From Mizuhopecten yessoensis (Eukaryota), in contig NW_018404083.1 of assembly GCF_002113885.1 (NCBI RefSeq), positions 944,546-1,008,545 on the forward strand: a stretch of DNA of 64,000 bases, in the 5' to 3' direction. Both the position numbers and the translations under genes were made by a program. Within the stretch, counting starts at the first letter, position 1. Each line of letters opens with the position of its first letter. Below the pieces are notes generated by a model. The model saw only the letters and a program-made list of their open reading frames with translations. It had not been told where the DNA came from and did not search any database. This document shows positions 11,875-25,231 of this stretch, in pieces.

Positions 11875-14270
11875 CATGATGACATGCATGTTTCAGAGTT
11901 TTCTGTTACAGAAAAAAACAGAGGTCATGCTTAGTCGAATGTTCTTGCGACTTATGATCCCCCAGATAGTATTTATATACATGCACAGTCAAATATTGAA
12001 TTCCAAGCAGCATCTTGTTTACGAATGTATCTCAAACTGGTGCTGGTATGTCAGGAATGGGACTCTAACTGGAAATAGGACGCCACGATGTCATGTCTTA
12101 AATCCTCAGGGGTGAATGAGGTAAAGATAATCCGTACTCAACGCTGCATATTATGGTATCATTCATATTTTGTGGATCAATCGGAAGTGTCAGTTAGTGC
12201 AACAGCATCGGAGGAATTCCTGTACCCCCCGCTCTTCAGCTGCTAGAAAAGAAACGGGGAAAATTGAACGAGTAAACTTACATACATTCATATGTAAACT
12301 TCAGCATCTTAAAAGTACTCATCACAGGTGAAATATCCGCGGCAGGTTTACACGCGTTTGTCAACATTTACAGACGGCTCCCGCAAGTTATAGTCATTGA
12401 TTCTGATGACATTCCTTTCACTGGAATATCTTGCCTTGATGTGAACGATTTTCTTTAACTCCATCCAGTTTGACATTTAGCGATTTATCCGTCGCCACGA
12501 GATGCCCAATTTAACACCATGGCAAAACATTGCTTCTTTCCGGAGGTAAACGAAAACAATAATAATAAAAACAAAACTATAATGCGAACTCAAAATCTTT
12601 CAAACTAGGGCAACAGAATAAAATCAGGAAATATTTATTTGGATTCCCTTAAAATAGTACAAGAAGAATAGGACCAGATGTTTCAGAAGGTTAAGTGTAA
12701 TAAGTGCCATGTAAATATAAGTCGAATCATAGTAATCTCACATCCTCACATCGAGAATTCGGGTAGTAACAGCAAGATCATAAAGTACTCTCATGAGCAT
12801 AATCAAAGAAAGTGACATTGATCAAACAAAATGTATTTAATCTATTACAACATCAAAGAATAAGCTTGTTAGTGTCTCTTTTGGAAATTAAACAAATAAA
12901 CTCCAAAATACATGTGTTGGTGTTAATCTGTTTAATATACAAATGTACATTACAATCAAACCTCTAGGACCACGTTTGGTTATCTTGCTATATTTCGCAC
13001 TTCGACGGTACGGTGGTAAGTACAAAATATCTTATTAGATTCTTGGAATAGCTTTGGATTTCTTTGGTTCATGTATGGCTCTGCAAAGCAAAAATCTTCG
13101 AATGCTTACAACGATATCTTCAGCTAATCAAAATGTGTCCGACACTGTTTTATATCTGACCTACATCTTGAGCAATGTCTCATCACCAGTCAGAATGAAA
13201 TATTATGATATTGTATTCATGTAACACATCCGTACATTAAAACAATATTTTATAATATAAAACATAATACATGGAACATTGCAATATTTCTCAATTCATG
13301 ACATTATGTTTAATGCGTCTATTGCGAAGACGTCTAACCCCCAAATTAACAGAAATACGTCTGCAGGCATTCACTTTTTCCTCGTTTTAGGCCATTGTAC
13401 GCGATTTCAGAAAATCAATTTAGCTTGACACTGGCTCAAAACATGCATCAGTTGCATTTTGGTCGTACACTAGCTGGAATATTGCCGCTGGTACTGTTTA
13501 ACGACTCCATTACTCAGAACTTGCCATCGGTAAAAATAGCCAGAAATCACTCAAAAACAGCAGATAATAACAATACTGAGATAGACACTCACTCTAAAAT
13601 ATTGAAACAATACACGCTCAACAAAGCAATTACATATGTTTGCTATACATGCACTCGCTCAAAACTCACGGTCAATTAATTGAGCTTCTCACTCATCCAA
13701 ATTGCACTCGATATGATTAGTTATACTTTCACTCAAATATAGCAGTAGATAAATCAACGATGCATATCACTCAGTTTAGATATACACCAATTGAATATAC
13801 GTAGTTAAAATATTAAAAAATAAACCCTGACTCAAAAAAAAGCAGTTGATAATATGATGTTAATTAATTTATATCAAGTTTTGTTTTGAAATCTTTACAC
13901 ACAACAACAGCAAACAGTATTATTGTGCCGAGTAACCCATCCAAATGGCGTACAGCCTTGTTGACAAACGTGATGTCATTAGGACATGACGTCATATACA
14001 ATGCTACTAATTCCTGTACTTTTTTATACATTATTATTTTCGTCATTTTACTTTAAAATGTAACCAATAAAAATTGAATGGTTTTCATTGTAATCATATA
14101 GATCTTTTATATATGGTATTCAACGGACAACTATCAAATCAATCTCTACCCGGAATTGATGTTACTTACAAAGAGTGAGCATAAGGACCGAAATCTCTAG
14201 ATAGATATTGCTATTAAATGTAATTTATATTTCAATCGAATCATTTTAGCACAAACACTTAACTTAACAA

Positions 14271-17200
14271 TTAAAGCTTAGCATTTACTGTGTCGGCTCT
14301 TATCCATGGGTACAAATCTTTCTTCATGGTCTGAAGCATATCGCGGTCTATACCAGAAGGACCTAGAGCCTGGAGAGCTATCTGTTTGGCGGTGTTGAGA
14401 AGGTTCTCTGGCTCAACCGCCTCGTCCACTATCCCAAGTTCCTTAGCTCTCGTGGCTGGAATCCTCTTGGCGAACAGGACAGCTTCCCTAATGCCTTCCA
14501 TCCGGGGGATTTTAAGTCTACAAACACAAAGCTCTTTGTTATGGTATCCTTGTGGTGTCCTTATAGTATCTAAATACTACAAATACAGCGAGTCTCGTTA
14601 TGTCGTCCCGTCTTAGTAATATTACATATATACCAGAAACCCGCATTATGTCGTTTTTCTCTACAAAGGGGATGTTGAAGAGATGCTTCCCAACTGAAAG
14701 ACTTGAGATCTTTTTACTTTTCCTACACCTACTCTCTGTCTCCATTGGTATGACCCTGACTGTCTTAAGGACGTTAAATTACAAAAACGCTCAGAGTTCT
14801 TAAAATGTATACATTTCAAAAACTCCGTACGATCAAACAGGAGATCTTCAGTCTTATAAATAGAAATAAACATGCAAATTCATTAAAGAAACTCAAAACA
14901 CAAATACAATGGAAATTCTCTATGAGGACATCACAAAAATATATCCGTATGGTGATATGTGTAACAATTGTTAAAACGAGAAACTTTTAACACGATTTTA
15001 TCGTACGTTTTGAAGTTAAATTTGCTAAATCCGAAAAGTTTTCTCAGGATAGTATTATATCTTAAAGTATAATCTGTTAAAACATGATTTAAGGATTAGC
15101 CTACATAAACCGCAACGCCTCCGAATATACCAAAGTATCAATAGAATTATACTTTGAACTCAAAATCGATAAAAACTAGGACCAAATGTAAACAAAGGCA
15201 AAATGTACATGCTTAGACCTTTGAAAAGTACAAGGAAAATAAAGTCAGGAATTTCAGAAGGGTAATCGTGTTCTGCTTCATTGGTGACACTCGTCATGTA
15301 AATTAAGGTAGCAACCAAGTAAGGGCACGTCCTATCATCGAGAACTCGGTTAGTTACAACAAAACCACAAGGCTCACCAATGAGCATAACCAGAAATCAA
15401 CGTTCATGTCGCTTTTTCCAAGGAGATCGAATGATGGCAACTATAAAACTTGTCTGTATATTACATCAATCTTCATCTTTAGAAGCTTTGTTGTAAGTTC
15501 GTACCTCAGTAGTCTACATATATAACGGCAGTAATGAATTCATATTGTGCTCCATATGTGGTTATTCAAAGGAAAAAAAATCAGAATATGTAAATGTGTA
15601 CAGATGAAGAAAATCCGAATGAACGGATTTGGTTTTTTTTTGCTACACTGTAAATTGGATTTACTGATGTAAAAATGTTTTTTTTTATCTCCCTGTTGTG
15701 TCTACATGGAAAAGCTAACTTGTGCACGATCAGGCTACGTAGAATGTAAGAGGGAACTTCCCGACGCACGGACGAATTGATTGGGAACCCAATTAATCAA
15801 AACACTTAAGCTTACAGTATATAACCAGATTGTCAAACTTTTCCAATAAACGGAACTTGCATTGTTATTGAATGTCAAATAAGTCGCTGTGCGTTGCTAA
15901 AATATTGATTTCATGGATTATCATCAAAGCACCATTTTTATTTTAATCTGGACTAGTGAGGTTCCAGTTCAATACCGACTTACCTCAATAGGTTACATAC
16001 TTCCTGATCCAGCGGGCGTTTAAGGTGAATCTCATTCCAACATATCCAGCCTCGTTTTGAGTTCATCACGCGATAGTCATGCGTTATAGCTATAAAAGCT
16101 CCACCAGCAAACGAATGACCTACAAAAAGGAAAACGTAAATACAATGGCTTCGTTTTCTTGAGAAATCTTCTTGCTCAGATATAGGAAATATGAAACTGA
16201 TTGTAACATTTCAATACGACAAACTTTACAATGGATACTTGTTCTTTTTAGCCATACTATACAACGGATATTCAACCTCAAACGCCTGCTTAGTATTAAT
16301 TATTGCAATGAAGATTGGAGCTAGAATACCGTGTTTCGTAATTTCAAAATCGTTGACAATGTTTACCATTGATCAGAGCAACCGTTGGTACGGGGAAATA
16401 CACGAGACGATATTGTAAATCCTTAATGCCTTTCATAAAAACGTTGAGAACATTCTCTGTCTGTGACTGCATCCACTGAAGGTCAAGGCCATTGCTATAG
16501 AACTTCCCTTCTCCGGTAGTGATGACCGCCTTCACATCTTTATTTCTTTAAAAAACCAGAAAAGTTACATAATGAAATAACAAAACTTACTGTAAATTTT
16601 TCGGTGAAACACCAAATCCATTTTCCAACTTGGTACAAACCTTTTTCCTTCAAATGGAATAGTTATATTATACCAAAGCCATGGAAATTAAAATGAAAAT
16701 AGAATCGTTTAATGTCTGTCGTCCTTCAGTCAATGTTCCCCCGATGATGTGTAACCTTCCTGTAGAAGACGGGCCTGGGCATCTATAATCCACAAATACG
16801 GCGTTTCAGAAGGTATTCAACGAAAGAAAGATGATCAGTTTTCTTAAGTTTCAAAAATAGTTATTGACCAACATGAAAAAAGGATAAGGAATAAGTTATT
16901 ACAACTTAGCTATATATGTATATAATTTTATAAATTCACTTTGCTGAACCGATAAGTTCATTATTCATTTTGTTGGGTTTTTTAAAACAAAAAGTCCCCT
17001 TTAATATGTTAAACATATCTGAATATCCAGAAATTTAACCGAAATAACAGGGAAACTCAAAATTGATCGTTCAAATAACACATATTAGGTATTATTGTAT
17101 AATTAATTTAACCAAATATAATCCTGAACCTGCAAGGTTACTTTTCTGGTAAAAAAATTCCAAACAGTATTTTATTGAGACAAAATTTGTACTAAAACGT

Positions 17201-18838
17201 AAATGGAATATTCATATATTTCATGGCCGGTTTGGTCATATCGCAACGTGCTGACCAGCCGTTAATGCCACTTATTTAAAGTTTAACGTCAAGCAATTTG
17301 TTTGTTTGTTTGGGGTTTGAGGACGGATGCCTAGGGAGACACCGCCTGAAACAGAAAGTAGATAGAAAGATAGAAGAAGGAAGGACAGGAAATAAAAAAG
17401 ATCCTAAGTGTTGCAATGGGGGCAGCAGATACAGTTGGGTCTCTTCCATGTCTTCTTCGTAGAAGTCACAGAAGAAAACGACAGAACACAGAGCAGTACG
17501 TTCTTATTTTATGGAATTTGGTTTTCTCGGTCAAGAGACAACCAAAAAACTACCTCAGTTGATTGGATACTTCATACTTAGATCAAAAGCGATGTATTGC
17601 GATGTCGGGCGTGATGACGCAAGAAATTAAAGAGAAAGAAACCGATCCCAAATCTTGCAATGTGTACAATATATTAATTTTGATCACTGGAAGGGATACA
17701 AAAGCAAATCCAAATCGAAGAAACTAAAATTAGATCTGCTTCTCTCATTGCAATACCTGGAATCTACATAGTTTCTTTTCATATTTTCCTACTCTTTTTC
17801 TTTGGGCAGTGTCTCCTTGGAGAATCAACGTGTAGACAATTGATTGGGTTTTATTTTGTTTAACAACTATTAACAACTATGGTCATTAAATGACGTGCCT
17901 GCAAGTGTGTTTTGTATGCGTGCATGTGTGCTGGAGGCAGGATATGTTGGTGTACCTCCTTGTGGTAGCGCGGATGTAATGCACTATTGGCGTCTGCTCC
18001 CAGTGTGTTTCACTATTAAGGATCCCCGTCCCAATGCATGCAAAACACTAGAGGATTCCACTCTAGGTTTTCGTACATGTAGTAACTACCACATTCATTT
18101 CGTTTTGGGTATAACCGTATAGTCCAGTTAAATTAGCCGATAAAATAGACAAACATAGAAAAAAAGTAGTGTGACTTGGCCAGAGTACTGTAGTTGACCA
18201 GCTAGCTCAGTTGGTTAGATCGGCAGTATCATCATGGCCTGGCCAGATTTCAATGCATAATTACAGTCTTTGGCAGTTGTTCGGAGGTCCTTAAACTTTG
18301 ACCTATTCTCAATAAAATACAGAAATTTATCTAAAGATCTTTTGCATAACATTTGATATAAAGCAATGTTTGCTATCTTCAATAGTCAGGATAACATCAA
18401 ATAATAATGCAAATCGATTGTGAAAAGATGCATGTAGTACAATCAAAAGGTGTTGGTAGATGACGTTTCGTCATTTGTCTGATGAAGGTGACAGAGTACA
18501 TACCATACTAGTCATCGAAACGTCACATATAAATACTTTTTTGGTTGTACTACATGAATCTTTTCACAATCCATACCTACCAACCTGAAGAAAATGTTTA
18601 TATATAATGCAAATCTCTTAAATATGACCGTCTGTACATTACGCCCTACATATTGACCTTCGTCGTTCTGGACGTAAATGACCTCCCCTACTTACCGTCG
18701 TATATATACTGACCTTTCAATTTCATCCAATATTTTATTCATTTCATCAACGAACATTTGATTGAGCCTGTTTTCACCGTTCTGCATCGTAATGATGGCG
18801 AATCCATCCTCTGTGTATTCCACCCTCATGACCGCCAT
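14271..18838 (-). CDS. Peroxisomal enoyl-CoA delta-isomerase (crotonase superfamily), 228 aa, 4 coding exons
   Basis: Exons 18714-18838, 16367-16545, 15984-16119, 14271-14517; phases 2, 1, 2 are consistent. Motifs ENRLN, VITTGEGKFYSNGLDL, PVPTVALINGHSFAGG, HDYRVMNSKRGWICWNEI, AKELGIVD. C-terminal AKL is a PTS1 signal. Confidence 0.92.
17295..17470 (-). mobile_element. Partial non-autonomous retroelement, inverted relative of 31385-31650
   Basis: Reverse complement of TCTATCTACTTTCT.TTTCAGGCG.TGT.TCCCTAGG..CCGTCCTCA with a (CAAA)n tail. Confidence 0.6.
18416..18603 (+). mobile_element. Penelope-like short insertion with inverted pseudo-LTR arms
   Basis: ~55-bp inverted arms (18416-18470 and 18516-18571); 12-bp direct repeat ATAATGCAAATC at 18404-18415 and 18604-18615. 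Confidence 0.75.
18474..18530 (+). ncRNA. Minimal type-I hammerhead ribozyme motif
   Basis: CTGATGA (18479-18485), stem II GGTGAC/GTCATC, GAAA (18517-18520), then CGTC with predicted cleavage after C18524. Stem I is weak (TGT/ACA). Confidence 0.6.
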
Positions 18839-19859
18839 GTTGACTAGCAGACGACAGGTGATATCTTATTTAGGAGCATGTGTGTACATAGGGAATCCCG
18901 TAATCGGCGTCCTCACTGTTGACCCAAATACCTTTGCTCACATACAATTGATACCTTTTAAACTTAAAAATAACAAGAATGTTTATGAACATGTACTTTT
19001 GCTGTTTATTACTATTTGTCTTGATTATTAATCAAGAAACCCTGTCCCATTGCAATCTAAAAAAATCAAATATAAATAGTTACTACTTATATAGTTGTAG
19101 CAAAGCATAGTTGTGTCAGGACACTTGCGTTAGGTAACACAGTCGGTTAGAGCGGCAATATAACAACCTCAGGTCCCGGGTTAGAATCCTGTCCCCCGGT
19201 GAAATTTTACACTAAGAAACACTATTATTGATTATATTTTGTTCTTCCAACATGAAGCGGGCAGTACATTTTGAAAAATACTTTCCGACGTTACTGTGTT
19301 GCTGACATAATATATATTAAAAAGAACATGAATTTAAATATTTATCTTTACCGTCAAACAACAAAGGCAATTTCATTTAATATTTCGTGGTTGTTTCATT
19401 CACATCATGAACACTTTAAGCAAAAGATGAAACGCCATTTGCGTCAGTAATTGTCATACCATGTTTTGTCACGATTAGGATGTTTGAAATATTTGAATAA
19501 CTTCCGATTGGAGAAAAAATCACTCGTAAAAGATCTCGATGTTATCGCTTATAAAAATATTCTTGGCTGATAGGTTTATATAAGGCGGTACAACATTCAT
19601 ATAAACAACTCAAAATGTATTATCATGACGATAAGTTTATATCTAAATTCGGTTTTTCCTTCTAAACAGTAGATTTCAAAGGTTTATAGTTTTAGATGGT
19701 GAAGTGTTAAGTTTATGTTCATAACTGTTCCCTGTCATTTCATTATCACATCACCAGGTTTTCTTACGAGAACGTGACATAACCTGGACTTGACCTACAT
19801 TGATAAGGCGGATATTGTCAATAAAGCACAAGTCTACCCCGATGTATGCTAACCTGAAT

Positions 19860-22212
19860 ACAAGAGGCCCAATGGGCCTGAATCGCTCACCTGGTATTAA
19901 TCTCACACTTGTAATCTTAAAAATGGACTAAAATACAGCTACACGCAGAATATCAGTGTTTGATTCATAAGAACCTATTAAAAGATTTAAACATATGACG
20001 CCTGTGACATTGAATGTCCAACAAGGACATTAGGTTGAACAGAGTTTAAAGTCTTCGAACCCAGCATGCTTTTGGCAAAATATCATAACCCTGGACCTAT
20101 TGGTTATACAGAACAAGTCATTTAAAGATTTAAACATATTTTGACCACTGTGACCTTGAATATGGGCGAAGGTCACTCATTTTGACAGCCTGTTAATGAC
20201 CAAATATCATCACCCTTGGCCTTTGGCTAATTTAGAAGAAGTCTTTTAAAGGTTTTAAACATAGTTGTCCCCTGTGACCTTGAATATATGTAAAGGTCAT
20301 TCATTTGAACAAACTTGATAGCCCTTTATCCCAGCATGCTACTGGCCAAATATCATTATCCTAGGCCTCTTGGTTATTCAGAAGAAGTTGTATAAAATTT
20401 TTAAACATATTTGACCCCAGTGACCTTGAATATAAGTAAAGATCATTCATTTGAACAACCTTGGTTGCCCTTTATCACAGCATGCTACTGGCCAAATATC
20501 ATCCTCCTAAGACTTTCGGTTATTGAGAAGAAGTCATTTAAATGTTTTAAACATATTTGATCCCTGTGACCTTGAAAATAAGTAAAGGTCATTCTTTAAA
20601 ACAAACTTGGTAGCCCTTCTTCACAGCATGCTACTGGCCAAAAAGCATCTTCCTAGGCCTTTTGGTTATTGAGAAGAAGTTGTTTAAAGGTTTTAAACAT
20701 AGTTGTCCCCTGTGACCTTGAATATAAGACAAGGTCATTCATTCGAGCAAACTTGGTAGCTCTTCATCATAGCATGCTACTGGCCAAAGAGCATCTTCCT
20801 AGGCCTTTTGGTTATTGCGAAGAAGTCATTTAAAGGTTTTTAACATATTTAACCCCTGTGACCTTGAACATAAGTAAAGGTCATTCATTTGAGCAAACTT
20901 GGGATACCTTCCTCCCAGCATGCTACTAGCCAAATATCATTATCCTAGGCTTCTTAGTTATTCAGAAGAAGTTGTCTAAAGTTTTTAACATATATGACCC
21001 CTGTGACCTTGAACATAAGTAAAGGTCATTCCTGTGAACAAACTTGGTATACCATCATCCCAGCATGCTACTGGCCAAAGAGCATCTTCCTAGGCCTTTT
21101 GGTTATTGCGAAGAAGTCATTTAAAGGTTTTTAACATATTTGACCCCTGTGACCTTTAATATAAGTCAATGTCATTCATTCGAACAACCTTGGTAGCCCT
21201 TCATCCCACCATGCTACTTGCCAAATATCATTATCCCAAGCCTCTTGGTTATTCAGAAGAAGTTGTTTAAAGTCTCTAACATATTTGACCCCTGAGACCT
21301 TGAATATAAGTCGAGGTCATTCATTCGAACAACCTTGGTAGCCATTCATCCTGGCATGTTACTGGCCAAATAGCATCATCCTAGGCCTTTTTGTTATTGA
21401 GAAGAAATTGTTTAAAGGTTTTTAACATATTTAACCCCTGTGACCTTGAAAATAGGTGAAGGTCATTTATTTGAACAAACTTGGTGTACCTTCATCCCAC
21501 CATGCTACTTGCCAAATATCATTATCCCAAGCCTCTTGGTTATTCAGAAGAAGTTGTCTAAAGTTTTTAACATATATGACCCCTGTGACCTTGAATGATC
21601 AAGGTCATTGATTTGAACAAACTTGATAGCCCTTTATCCCAGCATGCTACTGGCCAAATATCATTATCCTAAGCCTCTTGGTTATTCAGAAGAAGTTGTT
21701 GAAAGGTTTTAAACATATTTGACCCTTTTGACCTTGAAAATAAGTCAAGGTCATTCACTCGAACAAACTTGGTAGCTATTCTTCACAGCATGCTACTGGC
21801 CAAATATCATTAGCCTAGGCCTCTTAGTTATTCAGAAGAAGTTGTATAAAAAAAATTAAGACAATTGACCCCTCTGACCTTGAAAATGGACGAAGGTTAT
21901 TCATTTGAACAAACTTGGTAGCCCTTCATCCCAGCATGTTTCTAGCCAAAAATCATCACTCTGAGCATTTTGGTTATTCAGAAGAAGTTGTTTAAAGTTT
22001 TTAACATATATGACCCCTGTGACCTTGAAAATAGGTGAAGGTCATTTATTTGAACAAACTTGGTAGCTCTTTATCCTAGTTTGCTTCTGGCCAAATTTCA
22101 TCACCCTAGGCCTTTTGGTTATTTAGAAGAAGTTGTTTAAAGTAAAATATTGACACCGGACGACGGACGACAGACGCTGCACCATCGCATAAGCTCACTT
22201 GGCCCTTCGGGC
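19860..22212 (+). mobile_element. Helentron-associated (HINE/pearl-like) element with central tandem array
   Basis: 5' end ACAAGAGGCCCAATGGGCCTGAATCGCTCACCTG; 3' GACGGACGACAGACG microsatellite, AAGCTCACTTG and the hairpin GCCCTTCGGGC (terminus appears truncated). Confidence 0.75.
20000..22141. repeat. Tandem array, ~146-bp unit, ~15 copies
   Basis: TGACCTTGAA-like anchor recurs at 20275, 20421, 20567, 20713, 20859, 21004, 21150, 21295, 21441, 21586, 21729, 21875, 22020. Confidence 0.95.
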
Positions 22213-22538
22213 TTTTATACATATAACTTGAAAGAATTTTTTTTTTATATATATATATATAAGAATGTTAGAATGTATAATTATGTTCCAAAAAACATTA
22301 AGGGTAAGTCAAATATTATATTAATGAAAATCTTTTTGATTGCGATATAAAGTTTGATACATGAGATAAGATATCTCTATTTTGTCAGTTTGTATATCAT
22401 TACAACTATTACAACCATTTAGTAGGACATTTATACACAGATGATTGTGAGTGTAATGATAGCATAGATGTACAGTAACAGCACACTTAAAGACATTCGA
22501 TTCGTAAACAAAACAATAGATAGAAACACATATATACA

Positions 22539-22703
22539 CAGTGGGGGATCCAGAGACCTATCTGGGGGGGTTTCCAAATTTCCTGGGGGGGGTTTCTATG
22601 TAGGGAAAAATTGCGGAAAATGGTGAAAATACATGATTTTTAAAGAAAATTCTCAGGGTGGGGGGGTCCTGAAGCCCCAAAAAAACCTCTGGATCCGCCA
22701 CTG
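22539..22703. mobile_element. MITE with CAGTGGCGGATCCAGAG TIRs (hAT-like termini)
   Basis: 17-bp TIR with one mismatch and G-run interior; no clean TSD. Confidence 0.7.
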
Positions 22704-22814
22704 ATACATACAATATACAATGACATAATTACGTATAGACGACTCAGCCATTCAACATGGAGTCGTACACGGTACGTGTGTATTGTTATCTTAGCACCCG
22801 ATAACGGTGCGACA

Positions 22815-23805
22815 AATCACCGAAACGGACCGAATCGGACCGAAACGGAACCGAAACTAAACCGAAACGGAGTCGAAATGGAAACCATAAGTTATTTAAA
22901 GGGAATTCAATACAGTTTAGATTGTGTGTGAACAAAACGGACCCCGATCGGAACCGAAACGAAATTGTAAATGTGTTTTTCGGTAAATTTGAGCTGTGTT
23001 TCATTATTTGTCGTGTAGGCCTATATATTATATATTATATCAACATTTTCAACATAATTGTGTTCTATTTGTGTACCGATTTGTTAGAAATGGGTTAGTC
23101 TTCTTTTCCCTCCTTTTTCTTCTTTTAATTTTGTCTGGAGAATGTGAAATTATGGCACATTTAAATATCATACATTATTCAATTATGTAACACAACATAA
23201 ATTGACATCAATGGCTAAATGTAAAACCGATATTAATGACATAATTAATTTACAATACTAGTGTCCATCCTGTTCCACCATGTATTATTGTCACCCATAT
23301 TTGTATATATGTATTCTCTACACTGTATTGTTTATGAGAACAAAACAATTGTCATGACGGGACCGAAACGAAAGGCATACGATTATTCCAAGCGAATTGA
23401 ATTCATTTGAAAACAGAAAATACTTTTGAATATGTGACCGTTTAAAACAAACAGAACCAGAACTGAACTGAAAAGAAACGTATTTAAGGGTATTAAATAT
23501 ACATTTCATCAGTCTTTGTGACCGAAACGGACGTAAACGGAACCTTAACGTAACAAAAAAGAAATATCTGAAGTTATTTAACGCGAAGTAAACCCAAGAG
23601 AATAATGTGTTTGACCGTGTATAACGAACAGAAAAAAATATATGCAGTTATTGTAAAGGATATTCAATATACATTTGAACACTGCGTTTAGCCAAAACGG
23701 ACAAAAACAAAACAAAAAGAAAAGAAACACCAAGTTTCTTTTTTTTAATGGTATCAAATACATTTGAATACGGTAAGTGACCGAAACGGACCAAAACGGC
23801 ACCAA
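22815..23805 (+). repeat. Dispersed clusters of ACCGAAACGG-like decamers
   Basis: Co-oriented copies clustered at ~22818-22885, 22935-22962, 23357-23372, 23520-23545, 23692-23702 and 23778-23803. Confidence 0.7.
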
Positions 23806-24499
23806 GAAGAAATACATTTTGTTATTTAAAGCGAATTTTACACGGATATAACATTGTAAGCATATACTTGTTATGAACTTTCATGAACACGCAACATATG
23901 TATTATGAACGTGTATTGAGTACCAAGGTGAAGTAGGAATATGTGATAAATATTAAACCATGATAAATACATTAACCTATGAATTTACACACATGTACTG
24001 TAGTTATACAAGCTGATTTCAAAGTTTACTACACCAGCAATATTTAGTTTGGTTGCAGGTCAAGTATGAGTTGTCTCACACATATACATGCATTGTATAT
24101 GTTTGATTTGGTCACATATATAAAGAAATGGTACAATATACATGTATATTTAGGTCAAGTTATGATAATAATAAAAGTAGTATGCATTTAGTAGGTAAAT
24201 ATATTAGTTCAATTTAATTACATGAAATTAGTTCAATTTAATTAAAAGTAATACAAGTTACAAATTAAGTACAAGGTATACATGGACTTCAGTACTACAG
24301 CTGTGACTAGTTGCATTTATATACTTGTGAAATGCACATGTTCTTCACACACAAAAACAGTACTGGAGTGGGCCAGTATGCATGTACAAGTATGTTATCG
24401 CGGTTTCTGGCCCTCGGGGATCTGTATGTTGGTAGGATTTCTCACTCTTGCACGAGTACCTGTGGCTTGTGCACCAGGGATCCAGTCAGTAGCTGTTCG

Positions 24500-25231
24500 T
24501 ATTCCAGATATTTTGGGAGGTGGGTCGGGATATCCAGTAAATTCATCAAAACGTGTGATTTGTGACTTTTCGCCGCTAGAACTACGTATAAGATACGTCC
24601 GTCCTTGGTCCAGGTCCCAGATATAAGTTTTTGAGATTTTAGATATCTAGCCTTGAAATATACTAGACTTCTAGCTTTAGTCAGTGCCTCATTGATATAG
24701 AGATTAGGCGAAGTGGGAGTGGTGTGCTTTGGGCTGGAGGATGCATTTCCGGAATGGTCCGAGTTGGTTACAGACTCGACTTTATTGTTTAAGAGGAGAA
24801 ATCTGGCATCATACACTGCCGCGCTAGTTTAATATGAGATAAATCTGACGATAATGTCTATTGGAAAGTTTTTGATATGAGGCCCAACACGATGGGTACG
24901 GCTGATGTCGTCCTGTGTGATCATAAGACCCCCCCAGGTAATTGTTGAACGCATTGATAATAAGTTGATCGGTGTCTTCGCCCTGTGATTCAGGAATTCC
25001 CCTAAATTTTAAGCAGTTCCGTCTAGAATATTGCTCAAGGTCATCAATTTTATTTTCCAATGACTCTATTTTGTGGTGCATGGCAGTGATACCTAGCGTG
25101 TTCAATAAAGCGTCTTTGAACATGGCGCTATCTATTAACTGGGACACCACTTCCTTGACTATCACAGGGTCTCGGAGTTCACTGATGGCCTGGACGCCTT
25201 TCTCAACTTTACCCGATAGTTCCACAGACAT
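24500..25231 (-). pseudogene. Disrupted LINE ORF1p-like (L1 Transposase_22 / FP25K-like) gene
   Basis: Coiled coil followed by LEQYSRRNCLKFRGIPES.GEDTD. Frameshift in a G7 run at ~24929-24935. Continues DISRTHRVG..DIIVRFISY*, then LYINEALTKARSLVYFKARYLK..WTKDGRI. Confidence 0.82.

Noticed and set aside
11197-13679. Short ORFs and coding-looking stretches between the tRNA and the isomerase gene
   Set aside because: Interrupted by stops or lying in repeats; no family motif or consistent exon chain.
12600-15500. Penelope-like 3' fragments near 12670-12870 and 15245-15500
   Set aside because: Similar to each other but too degraded to delimit or classify.
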